64,000 nucleotides of DNA from an uncultured Aliarcobacter sp. (GCA_963664305.2 CAXXLV010000001.1:936458-1000457); one strand, 5' to 3'. Shown: positions 20,412-31,475, counted from the first letter of the stretch. The notes: generated by a model from the letters alone, not told the origin. A program made the numbers and translations.

Positions 20412-21985
20412 TAGAATTTATATCTCATATATGCTCTAACGTCTTGAGCTTCTTCTACTGGATTTTGTCCTGCATTTTGTGCTTCTGACATTGTCATAGG
20501 TGTTCCATCTGCTCCAAAGAATGAATTTGAACCAGTATAATCGTATTTCATTAATACATAACTAACTCCAAAACTTAATGCATCAGTTAGTTTTTGAGTT
20601 CTATAAACTTCCCAAGCTTGACCACGAGTTGCTATTTTACTTCCAGCATATGTATCTTCGCCATATGTCATAGAACGCCAGTATTTACTTCCTTTATTCC
20701 ATTCAAATCCAATTTTTGCAACATCAGGAGTTATAGGACAAGGTGCATTTATTCCTAACCAAACAGAAGTTCCTGTTTCAGAATCAGTTGAACCTAACAT
20801 TCCTAAAGAATTAGGATTTGTTTTACTCATAGCAAATGAAGCAAATGCTGTAGTATTATCTAAATAATCAGATATACCATCACCAATTCCTTCTGTTTTA
20901 AATAATATTGTTGCAAAATCAATATCTCCAACATCTTTAAATGATAAATTCCCATATGCATCCATAATTTGAGAAGGAGTAGTTGCCGATTGCATTGCTG
21001 TTTGATACGCACCTAATTGAGTATTTGTAAAACCAATTAAGTTCCATGCCCTTGCATAATTCATATGAACAGAATATTGTCCATCATCATAAGGTGCTGC
21101 AATAAATCCTAACATGTCAACATCTACATTTTTATCATCATCTGATGCATAAGATGTCCCTGCAAAGTCAAATCTTGGTTTTGCATTTGTTAAACCTCTT
21201 CCTCCACAGATTTTAAACCAAGAACCCGTAAGTCCTGTTAAACTTTGAGTATCAAATTTGATTGAGAAACCGTCAAATTCAACATCAACAACATGAGACA
21301 ATGGAGAGTTTGGTTGTTGGTCATTTCTAATATTAATAGGTAATCCATCAGTTGAAGGACGTCTTCCTACAGATACAGCCCATGGAACATCAGACCCAAA
21401 AAGTTTTTCTTGTGTATATAACCAATAAGCTTCTTTTAGTTTTATAGTATTATCTGTAGCATTTTCATTTGTAACCCAATCAAAATCAGCATAACCTGGA
21501 TTTGTATTTGATTGAGAGTGATTTGCTGTATCTCCAAATGCTTTATTATAAGATAATTTCCCATGGAAAGAAGAGTTATCATCAGCTTTATATTTTGCAC
21601 CAAGCCATAATCTGTTTGTTAAAAGTGCATTGTTTTCAGATTTTGAACCATCTGCATGTTTATATTGAATATTATCAACTTGTGTTCTAAAATCAACGTC
21701 CCATTTTAAGTTATCTTGTGCACTTTGAATTTTTGCAGTTGTTGCAGTTTTAGATACTGAGTCTAGTTTTTTCTCAATTTTTTCAATTCTTTTTTCATCA
21801 ACTGTTGTTACAGCTGGTGTTTGTGTTTGTTGTTTTGCTTCTTGTTCAGCAACTTTTTTTTCTAAAGCTTCAATTTGTGCTTTTAAGGCTTGAATTTGGT
21901 TAAGCATTTCTTTGTTCATATCACTAGCAAAAGATGTAGTTGTTAACGCAGCAACTACAGATAATGCAATTAAATTTCTTTTCAT
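20411..21985 (-). CDS. DUF3373-like outer-membrane beta-barrel protein
   Basis: Signal peptide, N-terminal coiled coil, GRRPST.G motif, C-terminal RAYMRYKF. Confidence 0.7.
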   Translation of the reverse strand: MKRNLIALSVVAALTTTSFASDMNKEMLNQIQALKAQIEALEKKVAEQEAKQQTQTPAVTTVDEKRIEKIEKKLDSVSKTATTAKIQSAQDNLKWDVDFRTQVDNIQYKHADGSKSENNALLTNRLWLGAKYKADDNSSFHGKLSYNKAFGDTANHSQSNTNPGYADFDWVTNENATDNTIKLKEAYWLYTQEKLFGSDVPWAVSVGRRPSTDGLPINIRNDQQPNSPLSHVVDVEFDGFSIKFDTQSLTGLTGSWFKICGGRGLTNAKPRFDFAGTSYASDDDKNVDVDMLGFIAAPYDDGQYSVHMNYARAWNLIGFTNTQLGAYQTAMQSATTPSQIMDAYGNLSFKDVGDIDFATILFKTEGIGDGISDYLDNTTAFASFAMSKTNPNSLGMLGSTDSETGTSVWLGINAPCPITPDVAKIGFEWNKGSKYWRSMTYGEDTYAGSKIATRGQAWEVYRTQKLTDALSFGVSYVLMKYDYTGSNSFFGADGTPMTMSEAQNAGQNPVEEAQDVRAYMRYKF

Positions 21986-22035
21986 GTTAATCCTTTTTAT
22001 TAACTTTATTAAAGTATAACTTTTTATAAAGCATT

Positions 22036-22063
22036 AAAAAAGGGTGAATTAATTCCACCCTTT
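22036..22063 (-). terminator. Terminator after the small cytochrome-like gene
   Basis: Minus strand AAAGGGTG-GAATTAATT-CACCCTTTTTT. Confidence 0.6.
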
Positions 22064-22091
22064 AAAACAAATAAATTCTAAATCATCGCTT

Positions 22092-22412
22092 TTAGCAAGA
22101 TGGAACATTTCCAGAATCACTTGCAAATTCAACTGAAAAATCAAATATATGTTCAATTGCAGATTCTTTAACATCACCAGCTTTTACATTTGGACAAATT
22201 TTAATAATTTCATCTTCAAATTTTCCAGACTCTTTTATTTGTTTCCATTCTTCTTGAGTATGTTTTGCAGCAAATTTTGCTCCTGTCATACCACAAGGTT
22301 CTTTTAGTAATTTACTAAAATACTTTTGTCCTTTTACTGCATCAGCAGATAAAGATGTAGATGCTACACTTAGAGCTAATGTGCTTGCAATAACTAGTTT
22401 TAATAATTTCAT
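22092..22412 (-). CDS. Small periplasmic cytochrome c-like protein lacking CxxCH
   Basis: Signal peptide, DA.KG..F start typical of class I cytochromes, HTQ.EW, DSGNVPSC; no CxxCH. Confidence 0.55.
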   Translation of the reverse strand: MKLLKLVIASTLALSVASTSLSADAVKGQKYFSKLLKEPCGMTGAKFAAKHTQEEWKQIKESGKFEDEIIKICPNVKAGDVKESAIEHIFDFSVEFASDSGNVPSC

Positions 22413-22499
22413 ATTATACTCCCTAATGAAAAATTAGATACAATTATATCTAATGTATATAAAAGAATTCTTAGAAAATTATAAAAAAAGTGAATTAAA

Positions 22500-23828
22500 A
22501 TGAAATATTTTTTACTAAAAGAAATAGTTAGTTATTTAAAAGAAAATGCCCAAATAATCAAGTCTATAAGGAGAATAGATAACAATTTAATTATAACAGA
22601 ATTTAATAATAAAAATATTTTGTATTTTGATGTTTCTAAAGGAAATGCAACAATTTTTAAACATAAAAAAATTTTATCATCAAAAAAAGATTTTAATGCA
22701 CCTTTTGATGTTACTCTACAAAAAAGGTTTTCTAATTCTAAAATAGAAAATATTGAACTATATAATGATGATAAAATTTTAAATATAAAAGTTAATTCTT
22801 CATCTTCTTATAAAAAGTTGACAACAATTTTACAATTAGAATTTACTGGAAAACACACAAATATTATTATTTTAGATGAAAATAGAATAGTTATAGAAGC
22901 ATTAAGGCATGTTGATGAATATTCATCAAGTAGAGTTGTAAAAGTAGGACATAAATTAGAAGAAATACCTAAACAAAATTTTGTACCAAAAATGGAAGTT
23001 ATACCAAATATTGAAGAGTATTTGTATGAAATTTATGAAAAAAGAGAATTAGAAAATCTTGAAAATCTGAAAAAACAAAAAATTTCATTGATAGAAAAAA
23101 AGGCAAAAAAACTAAAATCTACAATAGATGCATTACCTAAAAAAGAAGAATTAGAACTTGAATCAAATAGTTTATATGAAAAAGCAAATTTGATTTTATC
23201 AAATTTACATAATCTAAAAGCATATCAAAAAAGTTTTAAAGTTTATAATTATGAAGGTGTTGAAGTTGAAATCGATTTAGAAGGAAAAGCAAGTGCTTCA
23301 AAATATTCAAATGATTTATTTAAAAAAGCAAAAAGAGCAAAACAAAAAGCCTTGAATATTTCTTTAGAAAAAGATAATTTAAGTGAAAAACTAGAGTTTT
23401 TACTTAGATTAATACAAAATATCAAAAATGTTAATTCTTTAGAAGAGTGTGAATTTTTATATCCTAAAAAAGAAAAAAATCAAACAAAAACAAAAAAATC
23501 TCAGCAGTGTGAGAGTTTCTTTTTTGAAGGTTATAAAATAATGTTGGGTACAAGTGAAAGAGAAAATATATATCTTTTAGAAAATTCAAAAGCTAGTGAT
23601 TTTTGGTTTCATTTAAAGGATAGACCTTCTTGTCATGTAATTGTTCAAAATACGAAAAAAGAGTTGTCTGAATCAGTTATAAATCAAGCTGCAAGTTTAT
23701 GTGCAAAATTCTCAGTTGATTATCCAGGCGTTTATGAAGTTGATTTTACACAAAGAAGAAATGTGAAAATTCAATCAGGAGCAAATGTTTTATATAATCC
23801 TTATACAACTACGGTTGTTAAAGTGTAA
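22500..23828 (+). CDS. NFACT/Rqc2 (FbpA-like) protein
   Basis: EFTGKHTNIII, coiled coil, EN..L, D.WFH....SCHV. Confidence 0.85.
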   Translation: MKYFLLKEIVSYLKENAQIIKSIRRIDNNLIITEFNNKNILYFDVSKGNATIFKHKKILSSKKDFNAPFDVTLQKRFSNSKIENIELYNDDKILNIKVNSSSSYKKLTTILQLEFTGKHTNIIILDENRIVIEALRHVDEYSSSRVVKVGHKLEEIPKQNFVPKMEVIPNIEEYLYEIYEKRELENLENLKKQKISLIEKKAKKLKSTIDALPKKEELELESNSLYEKANLILSNLHNLKAYQKSFKVYNYEGVEVEIDLEGKASASKYSNDLFKKAKRAKQKALNISLEKDNLSEKLEFLLRLIQNIKNVNSLEECEFLYPKKEKNQTKTKKSQQCESFFFEGYKIMLGTSERENIYLLENSKASDFWFHLKDRPSCHVIVQNTKKELSESVINQAASLCAKFSVDYPGVYEVDFTQRRNVKIQSGANVLYNPYTTTVVKV

Positions 23829-23859
23829 AAATTTTTAAATTTAAAGAATTTAATAAAAA

Positions 23860-23893
23860 AAGAGTCAAATAAGAGTCATTTTGATAATATAAT
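23860..23893 (+). promoter_or_regulatory. Direct repeat plus -10 upstream of the TraT-like gene
   Basis: AAGAGTCA at 23860 and 23871 (11-bp period); TATAAT at 23888-23893. Confidence 0.5.
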
Positions 23894-23922
23894 TTATTTT
23901 ATTAATAAAAAGGGGAAAATAA

Positions 23923-24699
23923 ATGAATAAAATTAAAACATTTGGATTAAGTATTGCTGTTGCAACACTATTTTTTTCAGGTTGTGCAACAACTGAATTA
24001 CAAACAAATGCGAAAATGACACAAAGTGTGTTTATTAATCCTGTAGCAAAAAGTAAAAGATTAATTTTTGTGTCAAGTAAAAATACAAGTGGACAAAAAA
24101 TAAATCTTGAAAATAGTATTTTAAATGAGTTGCAAGCAAAAGGTTATACTATTGTTGATGATCCAGAACAAGCAACTTATGTTTTAATGATGAATGTATT
24201 ATATTGTGATAAAAAACAAGAAAATAATGCTGTTGGAGGAGCTTTAGGTGCTGGTGCTGCAGGTGCAGGAATTGCAGCTTATAATGGTGGAGGAGCTGGA
24301 AAAACAATTGGTGTTGGTTTAGGAGCAGCACTTGTTGGAGGATTAATTGCAAAAGCTACTGAAGATACAATTTATCAAATGCAAGTTGATATTATGATTA
24401 GAGAAAAAGCATCTGGTAAAGTTTATACTTCAAGTGCAACTGCAAATGGGCAATCAAGTGTAAGCGATTCAAGTAAAGCTGGATTTATGAATAGTTTTGG
24501 AGGTAATATCAAAAATACTGATGCTTCTGGAAGATTAAATTCAAATATGGCAAATGCAACAGCTCAACAATATGAGACAGATTATATAGAACATAAAACT
24601 ATGTTATTTGCAGAAGCAACAAAAATGAATTTAACATTAGCAGAAGCAACACCTATTCTTGAAAAACAAATTTCAAGTCAAATTGCAGGATTATTTTAA
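23923..24699 (+). CDS. TraT-like complement-resistance lipoprotein
   Basis: Lipobox FSGC, KMTQSVF..PV, KGY.IVDDP..A.Y, glycine zipper, C-terminal IAGLF. Confidence 0.8.
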   Translation: MNKIKTFGLSIAVATLFFSGCATTELQTNAKMTQSVFINPVAKSKRLIFVSSKNTSGQKINLENSILNELQAKGYTIVDDPEQATYVLMMNVLYCDKKQENNAVGGALGAGAAGAGIAAYNGGGAGKTIGVGLGAALVGGLIAKATEDTIYQMQVDIMIREKASGKVYTSSATANGQSSVSDSSKAGFMNSFGGNIKNTDASGRLNSNMANATAQQYETDYIEHKTMLFAEATKMNLTLAEATPILEKQISSQIAGLF

Positions 24700-24713
24700 T
24701 ATCTATTTACAGT

Positions 24714-24746
24714 AACATCCTATCTAGTAAAGATAGGATGTTTTTT
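24714..24746 (+). terminator. Intrinsic terminator
   Basis: AACATCCTATCT-AGTAA-AGATAGGATGTT followed by a T run. Confidence 0.75.
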
Positions 24747-25125
24747 ATTTCAGTTTAACTAAATCACCTTGAACATTTACACAATCTTGTCCAAATAATA
24801 AAGGAATATACCAATGTGACCAATCAATTCTTGCATTTACAAGTAAATCACCATCTAAACCTTTTGTTTGTCCATTTTTAATTGCGTCATCCATTGCTCT
24901 TTGAATTCTATCATCATGATTTCCAATTGGAATGATGATAATTGTATTAATACAACTGTTACCTTCTGCTTTAACTTTTGTTTTATCTGTAATATCATAA
25001 TTAAGATTTCTTACATTTTGTGTACTTGCAGCAGTAAATTGTCCAAGTCTTTGTGTACAACCTGTAAGACCTAAAATTAAAGTAGAAGTTAATGTTCCCA
25101 TTAATAAGATTTTTGATAATTTCAT
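24745..25125 (-). CDS. Small lipoprotein
   Basis: Lipobox LTGC, two further cysteines. Confidence 0.75.
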   Translation of the reverse strand: MKLSKILLMGTLTSTLILGLTGCTQRLGQFTAASTQNVRNLNYDITDKTKVKAEGNSCINTIIIIPIGNHDDRIQRAMDDAIKNGQTKGLDGDLLVNARIDWSHWYIPLLFGQDCVNVQGDLVKLK

Positions 25126-25318
25126 TTGATTCCTTTTTTGTTAATTCAATAAATATTGTATAGTATTATATATAAATAACTTATTAAATATTTTTTAGAG
25201 CTTTTAAAATAGGCAAAAATTAAATTATTTAAATAAAAATAATTTATTTAAATGGAGTTGAGTAAGTACAAGCCAAAATTTAGTATAATAGAAAACTTTT
25301 AAATTTAAGGTTTGGTAA

Positions 25319-26077
25319 ATGTCTGAGATAATAAACGAGAGTTCAACTCGTATAAAAACTGGTGTTGTTTTAATTTTAGCTATGTTGATACTTGGCTATA
25401 TTGATTCATATTTCTTATTTTGGCTTGTTTTTGGAATTATGTTAATGATTTCAATTTCTGAATCAAAAAAATTATATAGTCTAAAAAGTGATAGTATTTA
25501 TGTTTATACTGCTTTACTATGGTTTGCTGCATTTTTCTATCCAATGCCAATTGATTTAATATTTGTTGTAGCTATTGGTTATGCATCTCAATTAGCTTAT
25601 AAAAGAACATTAAATCAAAAATTATTTTTACCTCTTTTATATCCAACAGCTTCGTTCTTATTCTTATTAACGCTTTATAGTGAATATGGAGTAATGACTC
25701 TTTTATGGTTATTAGTAATTGTTGCAAGTACTGATATTGGAGCTTATTTTGTGGGAAGAACTTTTGGGAAAACAAAATTTTGTGAAACAAGTCCAAACAA
25801 AACAATTGAAGGTGTAATTGGTGGAGTTGTATTTGCTGTAGTTTTAGGAAGTTTATCTTCAATAAATGAAGTAAATTTCATTGGTGCAGTTCTTGTTTCA
25901 GCTATTGTATCTTTTGCTTCAGTGTTTGGTGATTTATTTGAAAGTTACCTAAAAAGAGAAGCTGGAGTAAAAGATAGCGGTTCAATTTTACCAGGACATG
26001 GTGGAGTTTTAGATAGAACAGATGGATATTTATTTGGTGCAATTGCAATGTTAGTAGTTTTAAGGATTTTAATTTGA
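25319..26077 (+). CDS. cdsA: Phosphatidate cytidylyltransferase
   Basis: SPNKT.EG, GDL.ES..KR..GVKDSG..LPGHGG.LDR.D. Confidence 0.95.
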   Translation: MSEIINESSTRIKTGVVLILAMLILGYIDSYFLFWLVFGIMLMISISESKKLYSLKSDSIYVYTALLWFAAFFYPMPIDLIFVVAIGYASQLAYKRTLNQKLFLPLLYPTASFLFLLTLYSEYGVMTLLWLLVIVASTDIGAYFVGRTFGKTKFCETSPNKTIEGVIGGVVFAVVLGSLSSINEVNFIGAVLVSAIVSFASVFGDLFESYLKREAGVKDSGSILPGHGGVLDRTDGYLFGAIAMLVVLRILI

Positions 26078-27141
26078 TACTTCTTGGAAGTACAGGTTCA
26101 ATAGGTGTAAATACATTAAATATTGCACGAAAATTTAACTTAAATGTTGAAGTTTTAGTTGCAGGAAGAAATATTGATTTATTAAATCAACAAATAAAAG
26201 AGTTTAAACCTAAAAAAGTTGTTATTGATAGAGCTGAAGATGTAAGTTTAGTTTTACATGATAATGTATCTTTTGGAGAAGCTGCTATTTTAGAAGCAAT
26301 AGAAAATAGCACTTCTCAAACAGTAGTAAATGCTCTTGTAGGATTTTTAGGATTAAAACCAACTCTAAAAGCAATAGAATGTGGTAAAAAAATTGCTTTA
26401 GCAAATAAAGAATCACTTGTAGTTGCTGGAAAATTTATAGATCAAACAAAACTAAGCCCAATTGATAGTGAACATTTTGGTCTTTGGTATTTATTACAAA
26501 ATAAAAAAATTGATTCTATGATGATAACTGCAAGTGGAGGTTCTTTTAGAGATTATCCACTTGAAAAGCTTTCAAATGTTTCTATAAAAGAGGCTCTTGC
26601 TCATCCAAATTGGTCAATGGGAAATAAAATAACTATTGATAGTGCAACTATGACAAATAAGTTATTTGAATTAGTAGAAGCTGCATGGCTTTTTGATACA
26701 AAAAAATTAGATGCAATTATTGAAACAAAGTCATTGATTCATGCATTTATAAATTTCTCAGATGGAAGTACAACAGCTCATATTGCAAATGCTTCAATGC
26801 AACTTCCAATTGCTTATGCAATTTTAGGGAAGTGTGATGAAGAGATTTTAAAACCTGTGGATTTAGTTGAAGTAGCAAATTTAGAATTTAGAAAAATTGA
26901 AACTTCAAGATATCCAATTTGGGAAATTAAAGATGAAATTCTTAATAATCTTGATTTAGGAGTTGTTTTAAATGCAGCAAATGAAGTTGCTGTATCAAAA
27001 TTCTTAAATTCAAAAATAGGTTTTTTAGATATTTCAAAAATTACTATGGATGCAATAAATAAATTTAATAATGTAAAAGCATCAACAATAGATGAAATTT
27101 TTCAAATAGATAAAGAAGTGAGAAAATATTGTGAGTTATGA
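26074..27141 (+). CDS. dxr: 1-deoxy-D-xylulose-5-phosphate reductoisomerase
   Basis: LGSTGSIG, LANKESLV, PIDSEH, HPNWSMG.KITIDSA. Confidence 0.96.
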   Translation: MILLGSTGSIGVNTLNIARKFNLNVEVLVAGRNIDLLNQQIKEFKPKKVVIDRAEDVSLVLHDNVSFGEAAILEAIENSTSQTVVNALVGFLGLKPTLKAIECGKKIALANKESLVVAGKFIDQTKLSPIDSEHFGLWYLLQNKKIDSMMITASGGSFRDYPLEKLSNVSIKEALAHPNWSMGNKITIDSATMTNKLFELVEAAWLFDTKKLDAIIETKSLIHAFINFSDGSTTAHIANASMQLPIAYAILGKCDEEILKPVDLVEVANLEFRKIETSRYPIWEIKDEILNNLDLGVVLNAANEVAVSKFLNSKIGFLDISKITMDAINKFNNVKASTIDEIFQIDKEVRKYCEL

Positions 27142-27412
27142 TTTAATTGTACCTTTTGGTATTTTACTCATTTTAGTAATTTATCTAATTTATACAAGAA
27201 ATAATTTCGAAAAGAATATTACAAATTTGTATGAGAAAAAATTTGAAGAGTGGAAAAAACATAGTACAATAGAAGATAATAAAACTTCACAAAAAGAATT
27301 AGTTGGATTAGTTTTCAAAAAAGACTATAAAATAACTATAGAGTTTTTAGATGAGAATGTAGAATCACAACTAAATAGAGGAAAATTCGAAGTAACTAAA
27401 TATAAAGGATAG
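27131..27412 (+). CDS. Hypothetical membrane-anchored protein
   Basis: N-terminal TM helix; overlaps the dxr end. Confidence 0.6.
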   Translation: MSYDLIVPFGILLILVIYLIYTRNNFEKNITNLYEKKFEEWKKHSTIEDNKTSQKELVGLVFKKDYKITIEFLDENVESQLNRGKFEVTKYKG

Positions 27413-27415
27413 ATA

Positions 27416-27841
27416 ATGAAATATCTATTTGTGTTATTGATGTTTTTTTCATTACTTGATGCAAAAATTTATCGAGATAGTGATAAACAAGTAGTTATTG
27501 ATGATGTTGCAAAGCTTATGTGGAATGATAGTATTTCAGTGGTTAAAACTTTAAAAAATCATGAAAATGCTAAAAGCTTTTGTAGTAAAATGAATCATGC
27601 AGGATTTAATGATTGGCGATTACCAAAAATCGATGAATTTGAATTAATCGTAGACAAAACAAATACAAAAACATATATAAATCGTGCATTTAAATATAAT
27701 GTTCCAGACGGTTATTGGGCAGAAAAAGCTCATTGGAGAACACTTTGGTATTATGCAGATTATATGCATTTTATAAGTGGCACACCTTATTATGATAATC
27801 GTATAAAAACAAAATATGTTAGATGTGTAAGAGATTATTAA
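27416..27841 (+). CDS. Exported DUF1566/Lcl-domain protein
   Basis: Signal peptide, LMW, C.....GFNDWRLP..DE, YVRCVR. Confidence 0.8.
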   Translation: MKYLFVLLMFFSLLDAKIYRDSDKQVVIDDVAKLMWNDSISVVKTLKNHENAKSFCSKMNHAGFNDWRLPKIDEFELIVDKTNTKTYINRAFKYNVPDGYWAEKAHWRTLWYYADYMHFISGTPYYDNRIKTKYVRCVRDY

Positions 27842-28416
27842 AGGATAAAGATTTGAGTAAGAGAGTACTAATACTTCATGGACTAGGTGGCAGTGATTAT
27901 CCTCATTGGCAATCACAACTTGCTATGGATTTAATAAAAGAAAATTATGTAGTTTCATTTCCAGCATTTCCTAGTCGTGATAATCCAAAGTTAGAAGAGT
28001 GGAAAGAATTTTTAAAAAATGAAATAAAACATTTTAAACCTGATATAGTTGTTTGTCACTCTTTAGCAAATGTTTTATGGTTCCACACTTGTGATGAACT
28101 TGATATAAAACTTGATAAATTAATGTTAGTAGCCCCTGTTAGTAGAAATAGAAGTATCGAAGAAGCTAAAACTTTTTATCCTTATCCAATTGCAAAAGAT
28201 TTAAAAGCTCGTGAGATAATTATGGCAGCTTCAACAAATGACCCTTATATGAGTTTAGAAGAAGCGATAGAACTTCAATCAAAACTTAATATTGGTATGA
28301 AGATTATGGAAAATGCAGGACATATAAATGCTGCTTCTGGATTTGGTAAACTTGATTGTGCCCTTGATTGGATAAAACGAGTTGATGAATGTGAAATTAA
28401 TAAAGAGCAGGAATGA
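27823..28416 (+). CDS. YdeN/RBBP9-family alpha/beta hydrolase (true start probably slightly downstream, at a TTG)
   Basis: LHG, HWQ, HSL nucleophile elbow, LVAP, NDPY, AGHIN..SG. Confidence 0.8.
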   Translation: MCKRLLKDKDLSKRVLILHGLGGSDYPHWQSQLAMDLIKENYVVSFPAFPSRDNPKLEEWKEFLKNEIKHFKPDIVVCHSLANVLWFHTCDELDIKLDKLMLVAPVSRNRSIEEAKTFYPYPIAKDLKAREIIMAASTNDPYMSLEEAIELQSKLNIGMKIMENAGHINAASGFGKLDCALDWIKRVDECEINKEQE

Positions 28417-29414
28417 TTTTAAGTATAGAAAGTAGTTGTGATGATAGTTCAATTGCAATTACAAAAATAGATACTAATGAATTAGTTTATCACAAAAAAA
28501 TTTCTCAAGAATTACAACATAGTATTTATGGAGGAGTTGTTCCAGAACTTGCTGCTAGACTTCATATTGAAGCACTTCCAAAAATACTTGAAGAGTGTAA
28601 AGAGTATTTCCCTAAACTTAAAGCAATAGCTGTTACAAATGCTCCTGGGCTTTCAGTTACATTAATGGAAGGTGTAACAATGGCAAAGGCTTTAAGTATC
28701 TCTTTAAATCTTCCATTAATAGCAGTTAATCATTTAAAAGGTCATATTTATTCACTTTTTATAGAAAAAGAAGCTGTTCTTCCTATTACTGTTTTATTAG
28801 TTTCAGGTGGACATACTCAAATTATTGAAGCAAATAGTTTAAATGATATGAAAGTTATTGCAACTACTATTGATGATAGTTTTGGTGAGAGTTTTGATAA
28901 AGTTGCTAAGATGTTAGGACTTGGTTATCCAGGTGGTCCAGTTGTTCAAGAGTATTCTTTAAAAGGTGATGTAAATAGATTTGAGTTACCAATTCCTCTT
29001 AGTCAAAGTCCAAAAATAGAGTTTAGTTATAGTGGGCTTAAAAATGCAGTTAGACTTCATATTGAAAAGCTTGAAAATAGTGAAGCTGGAATTACTGAAC
29101 AAGATAAATATGATATTTGTGCCTCTTTTCAAAAAACAGCTGCTGACCATATTTTGCAAAAATTAAAAAAACAATTTAAACAAAAAGTTCCAAAAAACTT
29201 TGCAATAGTAGGCGGTGCTAGTGCAAATATTTATTTACGAGCTAAAATTGATGAACTTTGTAAAAAGCATAATATGAATCTATATCTTAGTGAATTAAAA
29301 TATTGTAGTGATAATGCAGCTATGATAGGAAGAGTTGCAGTTGAACAATATAAATTAAATGATTTTATTAGTTGTGAAGAAATAGATATACAAACAAGAA
29401 TAAAGGAGTTTTGA
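28413..29414 (+). CDS. tsaD: tRNA N6-threonylcarbamoyltransferase
   Basis: IESSCDD, GGVVPE.AAR.H, H..GH, SGGHT, DNAAMI. Confidence 0.96.
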   Translation: MILSIESSCDDSSIAITKIDTNELVYHKKISQELQHSIYGGVVPELAARLHIEALPKILEECKEYFPKLKAIAVTNAPGLSVTLMEGVTMAKALSISLNLPLIAVNHLKGHIYSLFIEKEAVLPITVLLVSGGHTQIIEANSLNDMKVIATTIDDSFGESFDKVAKMLGLGYPGGPVVQEYSLKGDVNRFELPIPLSQSPKIEFSYSGLKNAVRLHIEKLENSEAGITEQDKYDICASFQKTAADHILQKLKKQFKQKVPKNFAIVGGASANIYLRAKIDELCKKHNMNLYLSELKYCSDNAAMIGRVAVEQYKLNDFISCEEIDIQTRIKEF

Positions 29415-29761
29415 TGAGTTTAGCAGATATGTTATCAAAAGGATTAGGTTCAAAACTTGAAGGAAATAATCACGATACGATAAAAGAGGATAAAAAAAAT
29501 CCAAAAAAATCTTCAAATGAATTAATACCAAAAAATCAACATCAATTGGTTTTTACATTTGAGAAAAGAAATGGAAAACCTGTAACTTTAGTTGGAAGAT
29601 TTTATATAGAAGAAAGTGAGAAAAAAGAGGTTTTAAAGCTTTTAAAGAAGAAACTTGCTTGTGGTGGAGCAATAAATAATGAATGGTTAGAAATTCAAGG
29701 TGATTTTAAAGATAAGATAAAAACAATATTACTTGATAATGGATGGAAATTTAAAAACTAA
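29411..29761 (+). CDS. SUI1/YciH-family translation factor
   Basis: R.GKPVT, LKK.LACGG, EIQGD. Confidence 0.85.
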   Translation: MMSLADMLSKGLGSKLEGNNHDTIKEDKKNPKKSSNELIPKNQHQLVFTFEKRNGKPVTLVGRFYIEESEKKEVLKLLKKKLACGGAINNEWLEIQGDFKDKIKTILLDNGWKFKN

Positions 29762-29781
29762 ATTATTGAAGGAGCTGTATT

Positions 29782-31167
29782 ATGCAAAAAATATTTGATG
29801 AGGTAAATTCTTTAGATAAAAGATGTTACGAAGAGTTTTTCTTAAATGAAGATATTTTAATGGAGCATGCAGCTTCTAGTATGTGCTCTTATATTGAGGA
29901 CATTTTTGAAGAAAATAAAAGTATATTGATTGTTTGTGGAAGTGGAAATAATGGTGCTGATGGATTAGCACTTGCTAGACTTTTGTATAAAAAATTTGAT
30001 GTAAGTTTATATCTTGCAAATGAACTAAAATCTTCAATGGCAAAACTTCAATACAAAAGAGTTAAAACTTTAAATATAAAAGAAGTAGATGAAGTTTTAG
30101 AAGCTGACATAATAGTTGATTGTTTGTTTGGGACAGGTCTAAATAAACCTTTAGATGAAAAATATTTAGAATTAATTGATAATTTAAACTCTTATAATTC
30201 TTTTAAAATAGCTTGTGACATTCCAAGTGGAATAAATAGTTTAGGACAAATAAATAGTTCTACTTTTGAAGCAGATGTAACTATTACAATGGGTGCACTT
30301 AAAACTTCACTTTTTACAGATTTAGCAAAGGATTATGTTGGTGAAATAATTGTAGCAAATCTTGGTGTTCAAAGAGAGATTTATGAAACACAAACTAATA
30401 AATTTTTATTAGATGAAAGTGATATGAATTTACCTTTTAGAAATAAAAAAAATTCTCATAAAGGCAGTTTTGGACATTTAAATGTAGTTGCAGGTTGCAA
30501 AAAAGGTGCGGGAATAATTGCAGCAAAAGCAGCTTTTGGATTTGGTGCTGGACTTGTAAGTGTAGTTTGTCATGAAAATCTTGATTTACCTTATCATATT
30601 ATGCAAACTCATTTTATTAGTGAAAATTGCACAGCAATTGCAATTGGTATGGGTTTAGGAAAATATGAAACAGATGAAATAAGAAAGATTTTAAATAAAC
30701 CTATATCAAAAATTATTGATGCTGATTTGTTTTATGATGAACTAATTGTTGAAGTATTAGATAAAGAAATTGTTTTAACGCCACATCCAAAAGAGTTTGT
30801 TTCATTATTAAAACTTACAAATATTGCAGATATAAGTGTGGAAAAACTACAAAACAATAGATTTTTATATGTTGAAAAATTTTCAAAAAAATATCCTAAA
30901 GTTGTTTTACTTTTAAAAGGAGCAAATGTAATTATTGCTCAAAATGAAAAACTTTATATAAATAGTTTTGGAAGTGCCGTTTTAAGTAAAGGTGGTAGTG
31001 GTGATGTTTTAAGTGGACTTATAGGTTCTCTTTTAGCTCAAGATTATAATCCACTAGATGCAGCAATAAGTGCAAGTTTAGCCCATACCTTGGCGGCAAG
31101 AAATTATAAAAAGAATAACTACTCTTTAATTCCTTCCGATTTAGTTGAAGAGATTAGAAAACTATGA
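29782..31167 (+). CDS. nnr: Bifunctional NAD(P)H-hydrate epimerase/dehydratase
   Basis: LME.A, GSGNNGADG, DIPSG, HKG.FG, TPHPKE, GGSGDVL.G. Confidence 0.9.
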   Translation: MQKIFDEVNSLDKRCYEEFFLNEDILMEHAASSMCSYIEDIFEENKSILIVCGSGNNGADGLALARLLYKKFDVSLYLANELKSSMAKLQYKRVKTLNIKEVDEVLEADIIVDCLFGTGLNKPLDEKYLELIDNLNSYNSFKIACDIPSGINSLGQINSSTFEADVTITMGALKTSLFTDLAKDYVGEIIVANLGVQREIYETQTNKFLLDESDMNLPFRNKKNSHKGSFGHLNVVAGCKKGAGIIAAKAAFGFGAGLVSVVCHENLDLPYHIMQTHFISENCTAIAIGMGLGKYETDEIRKILNKPISKIIDADLFYDELIVEVLDKEIVLTPHPKEFVSLLKLTNIADISVEKLQNNRFLYVEKFSKKYPKVVLLLKGANVIIAQNEKLYINSFGSAVLSKGGSGDVLSGLIGSLLAQDYNPLDAAISASLAHTLAARNYKKNNYSLIPSDLVEEIRKL

Positions 31168-31475
31168 AAGCAATAATAATTCAAACGACTTGCTCAACAA
31201 AAGATGAAGCAACAAAGATATCAAAAGTATTAATAGAAGAAAAACTTGCAGCTTGTGTGCAACTAAGCCAAATAGAATCGTTTTATAATTGGCAAGAAAA
31301 ATTCTGTAGTGATAATGAAACACTTTTAAATATAAAAACAAGAAAAGATAATTTTGACAAAATTAAAAGCAAAATATTAGAATTACATAGTTATGATTTG
31401 CCTGAAATTATTCAACTCGATATTGCAAATGCAAGTGAAGAATATTTAAAATTTATAGGAGATAATACAATATGA
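31164..31475 (+). CDS. cutA: Divalent-cation tolerance protein
   Basis: [18 protein letters not shown]. Confidence 0.9.
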   Translation: MKAIIIQTTCSTKDEATKISKVLIEEKLAACVQLSQIESFYNWQEKFCSDNETLLNIKTRKDNFDKIKSKILELHSYDLPEIIQLDIANASEEYLKFIGDNTI

